A stretch of DNA of 64,000 nucleotides from Pusillimonas sp. UBA6240 (GTDB lineage: Bacteria > Pseudomonadota > Gammaproteobacteria > Burkholderiales > Burkholderiaceae_B): assembly GCA_002441445.1 (NCBI GenBank), contig DJWC01000085.1:34798-98797 (forward strand). Direction: 5' to 3'. Positions 54,360 to 63,095 of this stretch are shown in pieces. The notes under the pieces were generated by a model. The model was not told the origin of the DNA. It worked only from the letters and a program-made list of their open reading frames with translations, and made no database searches. Made by a program: the position numbers and the translations under genes. How positions within the stretch are numbered: the stretch's first letter is position 1; each line of letters begins with the position of its first letter.

Positions 54360-55325
54360 TTATTGAGCCTGAATGTTTAAGCTAGTGATAAGCTGGTGGT
54401 AGTTGGTCAGCTCGGCCCCCATGTATGCTTTAAATGCTGTGGGAGACTTCACCGCGGGCATTGCCCCGATCTCGATGAAACGCTGTTTGAGCGTGGGGGA
54501 TTGCATCGCTTTTTCCAGCGCCTGGCTCAGGATATCGACGCGGTCTTTAGGGGTATTGGCGGGCGCGAGCATGCCCCACCAGGTGACGAAGCTGAAATCT
54601 TTCACGCCTGCTTCCGATAGGGTGGGAATGGCTGCCAATGCGTCGATCGGAAAGCGCTCCCGTCCCGTAACCGCCAGAGCGCGGGTTTTTCCGGAGCGGA
54701 TGAGGGGTAGCGCGGCCGGAATGCTATCGATAAGAAAGTCTATTTCCGCACTAGCCAGTGCGATTTCCGCCGCGGCGCTGCCTTTGTAGGGGATATGAAG
54801 CAGCTTCATGCCGGTCGCCGCGGCGAATTTTTCAGCGACCAAATGAGTAGGCTGCCCCAGGCCGGCCGACCCGAATGTAAGTTCTTTGCCTGACTTGCCC
54901 GCGGCAATGAGGTCGGCTGGGCTTTTATAACTGCTTTGGGCGTTCACCACGAGCACGCTCGGCCCACTGGCCAGTTGAGCGATAGGTTCGAAGTCTTTTA
55001 CCGGATCGAACGGAAGTTTCTTGAATAGGGATGGGTTTATTACATGGCCACTGGATGTGAACAGCAATGTATAACCATCGGGCTTGCTATTAGCCACATG
55101 GCTCGTACCGATGTTGCCCGAAGCGCCAGGCTTGTTGTCGATGACGACAGACACGCCAAAGCCAGCGCTGAGCTCCTGGCCGATTAACCGAGCCATGATA
55201 TCAGTGCCTCCGCCGGGACTATATGGCACGACGATGGTTATCGCTGCGGTGGGAAAGCTCCGCGCATCGGCAGCGCCGCCGGCCATCGTTGCGAAGGATA
55301 AGAGCAGGGCGTGGGTCAATCGCAT
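54360..55325 (-). CDS. Bug/TctC-family periplasmic substrate-binding protein
   Basis: ATG at 55325. MRLTHALLLSFATMAGGAADA, then FPTAAITIVVPYSPGGGTD. Confidence 0.9.
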   Translation of the reverse strand: MRLTHALLLSFATMAGGAADARSFPTAAITIVVPYSPGGGTDIMARLIGQELSAGFGVSVVIDNKPGASGNIGTSHVANSKPDGYTLLFTSSGHVINPSLFKKLPFDPVKDFEPIAQLASGPSVLVVNAQSSYKSPADLIAAGKSGKELTFGSAGLGQPTHLVAEKFAAATGMKLLHIPYKGSAAAEIALASAEIDFLIDSIPAALPLIRSGKTRALAVTGRERFPIDALAAIPTLSEAGVKDFSFVTWWGMLAPANTPKDRVDILSQALEKAMQSPTLKQRFIEIGAMPAVKSPTAFKAYMGAELTNYHQLITSLNIQAQ

Positions 55326-55610
55326 TGGATACTCCCGGGTCATGAATCTCTTGGTTGATGGATGTTAAGAGGCATGATTCCGAGGAACAAGCTCGGTAGG
55401 GTGTTAATGCGTTATTCCAGTTTGGGATAATCGGTGCGCGCGGATGGCTGGGCGCAGCCTGAACAGTCGGGCCGAAGGCACCCTTGCCTTGTATCGAGGG
55501 TTTTCCTTGAACGACAAGAGTCGCTGCGCACTGCGCAGACAGTCACGGCTTCTTCGTCGGGCGCCGCCCTGTATGGAATGGGCGCGCCTGTCGCGGCGCC
55601 CGGTTGCGGC

Positions 55611-56126
55611 TCAGTTGCTGATCGTCGCCAGCGTTTCGAAGCGGTCCAGGTAGCCGCTGCCGGGGGTGATGGCGGACCAGTCCGTTAGCGGGAAATCGAT
55701 GACTGCCAGCCCGGCGGTGGGGAATTCTTTTTGTAGCCTGGCGAGGGCTTGCGGGCGCCCGCGGCCGGCGAGATGGCCGGCGAGCTGCTCGAAGCCGGGG
55801 TTGTGGCCGACCAGCAAGATGACGGCTTTATCGGCATCGGTTTCCTGGATGACTTTCAGGATGTCGCCGGCGGCGGCTTCGTAAATGCGGCGCTCGTCCT
55901 GCTTGGGAATGGTGGCGTTGAAGGCGGGGGCGGCCAGCCGCCACGTGTCTTGCGCGCGCCTCGCAGTGGAGACGATGGCCAGCTCGGGCGCCAGGCGGTG
56001 TTCGGCCATGTATCTGCCCATGGCTTCGCTTTGCCTGATTCCCCGCGGAGCGAGCGGCCGTTCGTGGTCGGCGACGCCTTCGGGGCGATCTGATTTGGCA
56101 TGGCGTAGCAGCAAGAGGCGTAGCAT
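55611..56126 (-). CDS. Histidine phosphatase family protein (SixA-like)
   Basis: 171 aa from the ATG at 56126 (SD aaggaaac). MLRLLLLRHAKSD (RHG-type motif) and ...LLVGHNPG... The 402-aa track ORF is a spurious 5-prime extension overlapping the MFS gene. Confidence 0.8.
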   Translation of the reverse strand: MLRLLLLRHAKSDRPEGVADHERPLAPRGIRQSEAMGRYMAEHRLAPELAIVSTARRAQDTWRLAAPAFNATIPKQDERRIYEAAAGDILKVIQETDADKAVILLVGHNPGFEQLAGHLAGRGRPQALARLQKEFPTAGLAVIDFPLTDWSAITPGSGYLDRFETLATISN

Positions 56127-56176
56127 GGATGTTTCCTTTTCGAGGGCGAGCCAGGCAACACAGTGTTGCGACGCAT

Positions 56177-57262
56177 TCATTCTAGCCTGAAGACCAGCCT
56201 GCGCATGGCGTACAGCCCCAGCAAAGGGCCGGGCAGCAGCAGCCAGGACACCTGGGCTCCCATGGCCGCGTACAGGCTGGTGGCAAGATAAATGGCCGCC
56301 AAGGTCAACGAGAACCCTATGCAGTTTTGTATGGCCAGGGCGCTGCCCACCGAATCCTGCGGGCAGGCCTGGGCCGACAGCGATGAGAACTGCGGCGAAT
56401 CGGCCACCACCGCGACGCCCCATATCATCAGCGCGAAGATGGCCGGCATGGCGGGGCCATCCACGAGCAAGGGGAATAGTGCGCACATCGTTCCGGAAGC
56501 GGCCAGGGCGGTAAACGCGACGCGCGCGCTGCCGACATGGGCGACCAGCAAGCCGCCCACTATGCAGCCCAAGGCGCCGGCCGCGATGATCAGGAAACTG
56601 TAGCCGGACACGGCCGCGGGGGAGGCCGCACCGCCCAGGACGCTGTACAGCAATAGCGGGGCGATGGTCCAGAAGGCATAGAGTTCCCACATATGGCCGA
56701 AGTAGCCGAAGGCCGCGGCGCGGAAATCGGGCGCCTTGAAAGCGGCCAGCGCGTTGCGCCAGTCGAAGGCGGGGCGAGGGCCCTTGCCCGTGTTCAGATG
56801 AGGTCCGTCCGCCAGCCAATATACGGCGACGCCGCCGACCAGGGTCAGGGCCGATGAAGCGAGAATAATGGACTGCCAGGGCCAGCTCGCACCCATGGCG
56901 CGCAAGCCATGCGGTAGCGCCGTGCCCAAGGTCAGCATGCCGACGAGCAGGGCGAGGGCGAGCCCGCTGTTGTGGCGCGTCCAGGACAGGATGAGCTTCA
57001 TGCCTATGGGGTAGATGCCGGCCAGTGCGACGCCGGTCAGGAAACGGAACGCCATGGCGCCGGCCAGCCCTTGCGCCAGCAGGGCGAAGCCCGCGTTGGC
57101 GGCCGCTCCGGCCAGGCTTGCGACGAAGAAGATCCTGCTGGCGGGATAGCTGTCCGCCAGGCGAGTGGCGGACAGGCCCAGCGTGCCGGCGATGAAGCCC
57201 AGCTGCGTGGCATTGGTCAGCCAGCCGATATCGCCGGGCTCCAAACGCCAGACGGCGCGCAA
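56177..57262 (-). CDS. MFS transporter. Coordinates give the ORF from the first canonical start (TTG 57262); homology continues upstream to about 57350.
   Basis: Multiple hydrophobic helices. A motif-A-like loop [15 protein letters not shown] follows the TM2-like segment. The in-frame upstream sequence encodes a TM1-like segment [21 protein letters not shown] with no ATG, GTG or TTG. Confidence 0.75.
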   Translation of the reverse strand: MRAVWRLEPGDIGWLTNATQLGFIAGTLGLSATRLADSYPASRIFFVASLAGAAANAGFALLAQGLAGAMAFRFLTGVALAGIYPIGMKLILSWTRHNSGLALALLVGMLTLGTALPHGLRAMGASWPWQSIILASSALTLVGGVAVYWLADGPHLNTGKGPRPAFDWRNALAAFKAPDFRAAAFGYFGHMWELYAFWTIAPLLLYSVLGGAASPAAVSGYSFLIIAAGALGCIVGGLLVAHVGSARVAFTALAASGTMCALFPLLVDGPAMPAIFALMIWGVAVVADSPQFSSLSAQACPQDSVGSALAIQNCIGFSLTLAAIYLATSLYAAMGAQVSWLLLPGPLLGLYAMRRLVFRLE

Positions 57263-57469
57263 GGATTCGGTGATGCCGTTGGCGCTGAACCAGAGCGAAG
57301 TGCAGAACAGCTCTGCAACGATGATGATCAGAACCGGGGCGTCCAGGCGCAGGCGGCCTGGCGGCGATATGTGTGTTGCGATGACTCGTCCCCTGAAGTT
57401 CAGCGTCCTTTTTTGTAGTATGCCATCACTCCGGCGATGAAGGGCGGCGGGATGGCGAGATGCCGGGCG

Positions 57470-57811
57470 TCAAGCTTCGGCGCCCAGGGCATCCATGACG
57501 CGGGCCGAATACACCAGTGCCGCGCCGGCATTCAAAGCCACGGCGACGCCCAGGGCTTCCGAGATTTCTTCCCTACCGGCGCCCGCCGCCAATGCCCTCT
57601 TGGAATGCACGGCGATGCAGCCGTCGCAGCGGGTCGTGACGGCCACCGCAATGGCGATCAGTTCGCGGGTCTTGGGGTCCAGCCTGTTGGTCTTCCCGCC
57701 GGCGGCCGACAGAGTGCCATAGCCTTTGACGGTATCGGGGCTGAGTTCGGACAGTTCGCCGATGCGACTCATCAATTCAGAGTGGTATTCGTTCCAGTTC
57801 AACATGAGCAT
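57470..57811 (-). CDS. Carboxymuconolactone decarboxylase / AhpD-like family protein (CxxC)
   Basis: 113 aa from the ATG at 57811. ...LIAIAVAVTTRCDGCIAVHSKRAL... is the typical CMD/AhpD core with CDGC. Confidence 0.8.
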   Translation of the reverse strand: MLMLNWNEYHSELMSRIGELSELSPDTVKGYGTLSAAGGKTNRLDPKTRELIAIAVAVTTRCDGCIAVHSKRALAAGAGREEISEALGVAVALNAGAALVYSARVMDALGAEA

Positions 57812-57893
57812 GCCTTTTTCTAAGGTGTGGAGAAAATGAAAGCAGGGTGTGTGTGCGGCTTGGCCGCCCGCGGCGCCGCGATGAGCATCGTTT

Positions 57894-58676
57894 TTATTGC
57901 CCGGTATAGACCGGCGTGCGCTTCTCGGCGAACGCCGAATAGCCTTCCTGGGCGTCGCGGGTTCGCACCAGGCTGATGAACGTGTCGAGCTCGAGCTGGT
58001 GCCCATTCTGCGGATCCATGATGCCCGCGCGGACCAGCCGTTTGATGGCCTTGATGGCCAGCGGGCCCCGCGATGCGATTTTCGCCGCCAGCGCCAGCGC
58101 CGAGTCCTTGAGCTCGGCCTGGTCCACGATGCGGTTGACCAGGCCCGTCCGGAGAGCCGTCTCGGCGTCTATGGGGTCGCCGGTCAGCAGCATTTCCATG
58201 GCCATGCTCAGGGGGATGGCGCGCGGCAGGCGCTGGGTCCCCCCCGCGCCCGGCGCAATGGCCCACAAGGCTTCGGCCAGGCTGAATGTGGCGTTGGGGG
58301 AACATATGCGGATATCGCAGGCCAGCGCCATTTCAAGGCCGCCGGCCAGGCAGTGGCCGTTCACGGCGGCGATGACGGGTTTTTCCAGGATGCGTCCGCG
58401 CGCCAAGCCGCCGCCGAAAGCCCAATCGAGATTTTTTTCACCCGCGAGAATCTTGTTGCGAAAGCCGGGCAGCATGGTCTTCAGATCGGCGCCCGCCGAA
58501 AAGGCTTTCGTTCCCGAACCGGTCAGCACCGCGGCCAGCAGATCGTCGCGGTCTTCGAACATCTGCCAGGCGCCGGACAGCTCTTGATCGGTTGAAGGAT
58601 CGAGGGAGTTCATGGCTTGCGGCCGGTCTATGGTCACCAGCAGGACTTTATCGATGACTTCGGTCAGTATGCTCAC
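57894..58676 (-). CDS. Enoyl-CoA hydratase/isomerase (crotonase) family protein
   Basis: 260 aa. ...LLVTIDRPQAMNSL..., FSAGADLK, ...AVNGHCLAGGLEMALACD... Confidence 0.9.
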   Translation of the reverse strand: MSILTEVIDKVLLVTIDRPQAMNSLDPSTDQELSGAWQMFEDRDDLLAAVLTGSGTKAFSAGADLKTMLPGFRNKILAGEKNLDWAFGGGLARGRILEKPVIAAVNGHCLAGGLEMALACDIRICSPNATFSLAEALWAIAPGAGGTQRLPRAIPLSMAMEMLLTGDPIDAETALRTGLVNRIVDQAELKDSALALAAKIASRGPLAIKAIKRLVRAGIMDPQNGHQLELDTFISLVRTRDAQEGYSAFAEKRTPVYTGQ

Positions 58677-58730
58677 GGTAATCTCCCGACATGTTGAGGA
58701 TGAGCGTCTTTATGCGTGGCGCCAAGGCCT

Positions 58731-60332
58731 TCACGCGGTGGTTCGCAGCGGCGCCTTGAATGCGTCGCCGAGCTGTTGCTTCAGTAAAACCTTATCCACC
58801 TTGCCTACGGGCAACAGGGGAAGTTCCGGACGGATCTCGATATGCTTGGGCCGCTTGTAATCGGACAGGCAAGCGCGGCACCATTCCTTGAGAAGCTCCA
58901 CGTCCTGCTCGGCGCCGGCTTTGAGGCTGACGATCGCATACCCCACCTCGCCGAACAGCGGGTGGGGAACGCCGATGACGGCGGCTTGCAGTACGGAGGG
59001 GTGGGCTTCCAGCGCCAGCTCTATTTCCCGCGGATAGACATTGAATCCACCCGACTTGAACATATCCGTGTTGCGGCCGACAAAGCGCAGATTGCCGCCG
59101 GCCATGACTTCGGCCAGATCGCCGGTCTTGAACCAGCCGTCGCTCGTAAAAGCGGCCTTGGTGGCTTCGGGCCGGTTGATATAGCCTTTGGTGCACGACT
59201 CCGCGCGGACCTGTATTTCGCCGATCTCGCCTTCATGGCATGAGTCGCCGTTCGGCCCCATTACCCGGACTTCGCCCTCGGGCATGGAGCGCCCTATCGT
59301 TACGGCCAGCACATCCAGGCTGGTGCCCGGGGCCGCATAGGTGACCGATCCGCAGGTTTCCGTCATGCCGTAGGACGTTCCGATCTTGCCCGGCATGGTG
59401 TCCAGTATCCTGAGCAGCTCCATGGGCATTTGCGCGCCCGAGAAAATATGCCACTGTATGGACGCGAACTTCGCGGGATCGAAGCGAGGGGACTCGAGCA
59501 CCATTTTGTACATGGTGGGGAAAAATTCCAGCACATTGATGCCATGTTCCTGGACCAGGTCCGGCACGTCGTCCGCCTCGAATTTCTCGCGGAAATGGAT
59601 GGCGCCCCTTCCGACGATGCCATAGGAGGATACCCAGTGCATGCTGCCGATGTGATTCATGGGGTAGGGGTTGTACAGGCGCGGGTAGTCCGACACCGGC
59701 CATTGCACTAGTTGATTGAGGCTGCGGCGCACCATGGCGCCGTTGCTCAGCATCGCCCCCTTGGGCTTGCCGGTCGACCCGGATGTGTACACCAGCATGG
59801 CCGGGTAGTCGGCGCGCGGGCCAGGGGCGAGAATGTCTTCGTAGCGCTCGCCTCTCACCCGTACGGAGAATAGCGCTTTTTGCAGCGGCTCCGCCGCCGA
59901 GGCGTCGTCATCCAGGCAGAACATGGCTTCCAGGTACGCGCAGTCCTGCTTCAATGCGCTTGCGAATTCCAGGTAATCCCTGTCCCGGAAGCTGGCGATG
60001 AAGAACAGGAACCGGGGCTGGGCGTCGTCCATCACATACCTGATTTCGGGCAAGGTATAGCGTGGGTTGAGGCCCAGCCAGACGGCGCCAATGGCATTCA
60101 TGGCAAGGAACAGCAGATAGGAGTCCGCCCTGGGCGTCGTCAGGACGGCGATGCGATCGCCTGGCTGTACCCCCAGGTCGAGCAGGAAGCTGGCGAGCAG
60201 GCGCACACGCTCGGCCAGTTCGCCGTAGGTGTATTGCGTGTGCTCGGAAGCGAGCGCAAGCCGGCCGGGATGGTTTTGCGCCGTGTCGCCGGCGAACTCG
60301 GCAAGGCTGGCAAAAGCATGAACGGCTGTCAT
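58731..60332 (-). CDS. AMP-dependent synthetase/ligase (acyl-CoA ligase)
   Basis: ATG at 60332 (MTAVHAFASLAEF...) overlaps the upstream stop (ATGA). Motif LVYTSGSTGKPKGAM. The 733-aa track ORF is an over-extension into the crotonase gene. Confidence 0.9.
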   Translation of the reverse strand: MTAVHAFASLAEFAGDTAQNHPGRLALASEHTQYTYGELAERVRLLASFLLDLGVQPGDRIAVLTTPRADSYLLFLAMNAIGAVWLGLNPRYTLPEIRYVMDDAQPRFLFFIASFRDRDYLEFASALKQDCAYLEAMFCLDDDASAAEPLQKALFSVRVRGERYEDILAPGPRADYPAMLVYTSGSTGKPKGAMLSNGAMVRRSLNQLVQWPVSDYPRLYNPYPMNHIGSMHWVSSYGIVGRGAIHFREKFEADDVPDLVQEHGINVLEFFPTMYKMVLESPRFDPAKFASIQWHIFSGAQMPMELLRILDTMPGKIGTSYGMTETCGSVTYAAPGTSLDVLAVTIGRSMPEGEVRVMGPNGDSCHEGEIGEIQVRAESCTKGYINRPEATKAAFTSDGWFKTGDLAEVMAGGNLRFVGRNTDMFKSGGFNVYPREIELALEAHPSVLQAAVIGVPHPLFGEVGYAIVSLKAGAEQDVELLKEWCRACLSDYKRPKHIEIRPELPLLPVGKVDKVLLKQQLGDAFKAPLRTTA

Positions 60333-61093
60333 GGGTTTCCCTTGTGTCCGGTTTTTTCCCGGCTCCAGTCGTTGAAGCAAAGCAGGACTTGCTCCATGTC
60401 GCCATGGCTGGAGATTTGCGTCAGCGCGCCGGCGACGGCATTGATGGCCCGCTTGCTGACCGCGAGCGCCATGCTGGGCATGGCATCGAGGGCTTGCGCG
60501 AGTTCCATGGCCTTGGCTTCCGTCGAGCCATCGTCCACGACTTCGTCCACCAGGCCCCAGTCCAACGCTTGCGGCGCCTGTATGCGTTGCGCGAGCAGGA
60601 TCATGCGCCGCGCGCGGGCGGGACCGACCAGGCTGATGAGCCGCGGCACTGTATTCCAGCCGTAGTTGGCGCCGATTTGCACTTCCGGCACCCAGAGAAA
60701 GGCGCTGCGGCCGGCGACGCGGAAATCGCAGGCCAGGGCCAGCCCAAGCCCGCCGCCGATGGCATAGCGTTCGACGGCGGCGACGGTAAGCTGCGGCAGC
60801 TGTTCCCATGCCAGGGCGGTATTGGCGCCCAGCAGGGCATAGTGGCGCTTGTCCGCCAGGGTCAGCGCCGGATCGAACTGCAAGGGGTCGTTCAAATCGG
60901 CCCCGGCGGAAAAGCATTTCGGCGTTCCGCACAGCAGGACCACCTTCACGTCGCGACGCTTGCCCAGTTCGTGCGCGGCTTCGTTCAGTTGTTCTATGAG
61001 CGCCACGTTCAGGGCGTTGCGCTTGTCTTCGCGGTTCATGCGCACGCGGGCGATCGTGCCTTCATACTCGATGTTTACTAGTGGGCTGGACAT
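60329..61093 (-). CDS. Enoyl-CoA hydratase/isomerase (crotonase) family protein
   Basis: 254 aa. ...IARVRMNREDKRNALN..., FSAGADLN, ...AVERYAIGGGLGLALACD... Confidence 0.9.
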   Translation of the reverse strand: MSSPLVNIEYEGTIARVRMNREDKRNALNVALIEQLNEAAHELGKRRDVKVVLLCGTPKCFSAGADLNDPLQFDPALTLADKRHYALLGANTALAWEQLPQLTVAAVERYAIGGGLGLALACDFRVAGRSAFLWVPEVQIGANYGWNTVPRLISLVGPARARRMILLAQRIQAPQALDWGLVDEVVDDGSTEAKAMELAQALDAMPSMALAVSKRAINAVAGALTQISSHGDMEQVLLCFNDWSREKTGHKGNP

Positions 61094-61141
61094 GAGTGCT
61101 CCGAAAAAAGTTCAGATGAAGTGGCGTGGTCTACTTGCGCG

Positions 61142-62428
61142 TCAGCCCATGAGATTGGGCAGCCACATGATGATGCCGGGAAACACGCAAAGCAGCGCGA
61201 TGACCAGCAGGTGCGCATAGAAGTGGGGCGCCACCCCGCGGAATACATCGACGACGGCGATATTGGTGTACTTGGACACCACGAACACATTCAGGCCGAC
61301 TGGCGGCGTGATCATGCCGACTTCCGCGGTAACGATGACGACGATGCCGAACCAGATGGGGTCGTAGCCCAGCGCCATCACGATGGGCAGCACCACGGGC
61401 ACCGTGAGAATCAGCGTGGAAATCAAGTCCAGCAGACAGCCCAGCGCCAGGTAGATCACAATGATGCTCAGCAATATCATCCAGGACGGCCAGCCCGAAT
61501 CGCCCACCATCTGGATCAGGGATTGCGTGGTCTGGGTGAGCGTCAGGAAGTAGCTGAAGATCTGGGCGCAGATCAGCACGAGCGCGATCATTGCCGTGGT
61601 GCGGGCCGTGGATACGGCCGCCTGGTAGAAATTGCGCCAGGTGAGCCGCCGCAGGACCATGGCGTACACCATGGAGCTGAACGCCCCCAACACCGAGGCT
61701 TCGACCGGGGTCGCCAGGCCGATGTAGATGGAGCCCGTAACGAAACCGAAGATCAGTGAAAAAGGGCCGATGACTTTCAGCGATGCGACTTTTTCGGGCC
61801 AGGTGTATTTTTGGCGATGGGGCGCTAGCGCAGGTTCCCTATGCACTAGAAAAATCACCGTCAAGGCAATGGCGGCGGTGACCACCAGGCCCGGAATGAC
61901 ACCGGCGATAAGCAGCTTGGCGATGCTGGCGCCGCTCAGCAGCCCATAGAAGACGATGGCGATGCTGGGCGGGATCAGCATGGCCAGGGTGCCGGATATG
62001 GCGACGACCCCGCTGGCGAACTTGCGCTCGTAGCCCTGCTGCATCATGGCCGGGATGCTGGTCGACGAGAGTGTGGCGGCCGATGCGGTGCTGGACCCCG
62101 AGATCGCGCCGAAGGCCGCCCCGGTTATCGCGGTGGCGATGGCCAGCCCGCCTTTGATTCGGCCCAGCCAGACCGCGGCGGCGCTGAAAAGATTGTCGGC
62201 GATGCCGCTGATGGTCAGCAATTGCGCCATCAGGATGAACATGGGAATGGTGATGAACTCGAAGCTGTCCAGGGCCGAGAGCGGAGCCGATTCCAGTATG
62301 CCGTACAGCAGGGTCGGCCCGCCGACCATCAGCAGCCCCGCGGCCCCTGCAATGGCCAGCGTGAATGCGACGGGTATGCCCAGGGCGAGCAGAACAAATA
62401 GCAGCGCTAGTGTGATGGCGACAGTCAT
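61142..62428 (-). CDS. TRAP transporter large permease subunit (DctM family)
   Basis: 428 aa from the ATG at 62428 (MTVAITLALLFVLLALGIPVAF...). Polytopic, DctM-like throughout. Confidence 0.9.
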   Translation of the reverse strand: MTVAITLALLFVLLALGIPVAFTLAIAGAAGLLMVGGPTLLYGILESAPLSALDSFEFITIPMFILMAQLLTISGIADNLFSAAAVWLGRIKGGLAIATAITGAAFGAISGSSTASAATLSSTSIPAMMQQGYERKFASGVVAISGTLAMLIPPSIAIVFYGLLSGASIAKLLIAGVIPGLVVTAAIALTVIFLVHREPALAPHRQKYTWPEKVASLKVIGPFSLIFGFVTGSIYIGLATPVEASVLGAFSSMVYAMVLRRLTWRNFYQAAVSTARTTAMIALVLICAQIFSYFLTLTQTTQSLIQMVGDSGWPSWMILLSIIVIYLALGCLLDLISTLILTVPVVLPIVMALGYDPIWFGIVVIVTAEVGMITPPVGLNVFVVSKYTNIAVVDVFRGVAPHFYAHLLVIALLCVFPGIIMWLPNLMG

Positions 62429-62436
62429 GGTAGCCC

Positions 62437-62967
62437 CTATTCGGCCAGGCCGCCGGACACCGGGCGTTCGGAGACGCCGGCTATATGTTGAAGGGAACGG
62501 AACAGTATCGACAGCGACAGGAAAGAAAAGCCGACAGCCGCAATGGCCTGCGCCGGCCACACCTTCCAGTTGATGGCGCCGAAGGTGATTTCATTGACTT
62601 CATAGGCATGGATGGTCTTGCCCACATACAGCGCCGCGATGACGGCGAAGATCGCGCAGGCCGCCAGGCCCCCCAGCAGCGAGAAGAGGCGCCACTGGCG
62701 CAAGGGCAGGCGGCGGGAAAGCAGGTCGATATCGATGTTCTCGTTCTTGCGGAAGACGTCGGACAGTACCAGCAGAACGCTGGCCGGGAACAAATACATC
62801 GAAGTCAGATCGAAGGCGAAGGTAAAAGGGCTGTTGAAGGCATAGCGCATGGCGACGTCGGCGGTGGTCAACAAGCCTATGGCGCACAGGCACAGCACGG
62901 CGAAGAACATCAGCGTTGCATCGATGGCATTCAGGCATGCGTCGATGCGGTCTAGAATCTTGTGCAT
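62437..62967 (-). CDS. TRAP transporter small permease subunit (DctQ family)
   Basis: 176 aa from the ATG at 62967. Four hydrophobic helices. Lies between the DctP and DctM genes. Confidence 0.8.
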   Translation of the reverse strand: MHKILDRIDACLNAIDATLMFFAVLCLCAIGLLTTADVAMRYAFNSPFTFAFDLTSMYLFPASVLLVLSDVFRKNENIDIDLLSRRLPLRQWRLFSLLGGLAACAIFAVIAALYVGKTIHAYEVNEITFGAINWKVWPAQAIAAVGFSFLSLSILFRSLQHIAGVSERPVSGGLAE

Positions 62968-63013
62968 AGGGTTCACTCGAGAACTGAAGGTGGCGGCGCG
63001 CCGCGGCCAGCCT

Positions 63014-63046
63014 CTTGCCTGTGCGGTGCATAGCGGCGCAGGCAAG
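63014..63046 (-). other. Stem-loop (8-bp stem CTTGCCTG/CAGGCAAG, 17-nt loop) in the 128-nt dctP-dctQ spacer
   Basis: Read directly. Its position after the binding-protein gene is where mRNA-stabilising or attenuating hairpins often sit in transporter operons. Confidence 0.3.
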
Positions 63047-63095
63047 GCTCTGCGGCGGAGAGGCCCGGGCCGGCCATGCGCCCGGGCGCTGCCAT

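Noticed and set aside
57869-57880. 12-nt palindrome CGCGGCGCCGCG downstream of the crotonase gene
   Set aside because: It has no loop and is too short, and GC-only palindromes of this size are expected by chance at this GC content.
55611-60932. Over-long track ORFs: 55611..56819 (402 aa), 58731..60932 (733 aa), and also 39109..40398, 44867..46090, 61142..62560, 62437..63045, 2242..3516, 16090..17019
   Set aside because: Their 5-prime parts overlap the upstream gene in another frame and translate to low-complexity R/P/G-rich sequence. In each case an internal ATG with an SD and a family-typical N-terminus gives the real start.
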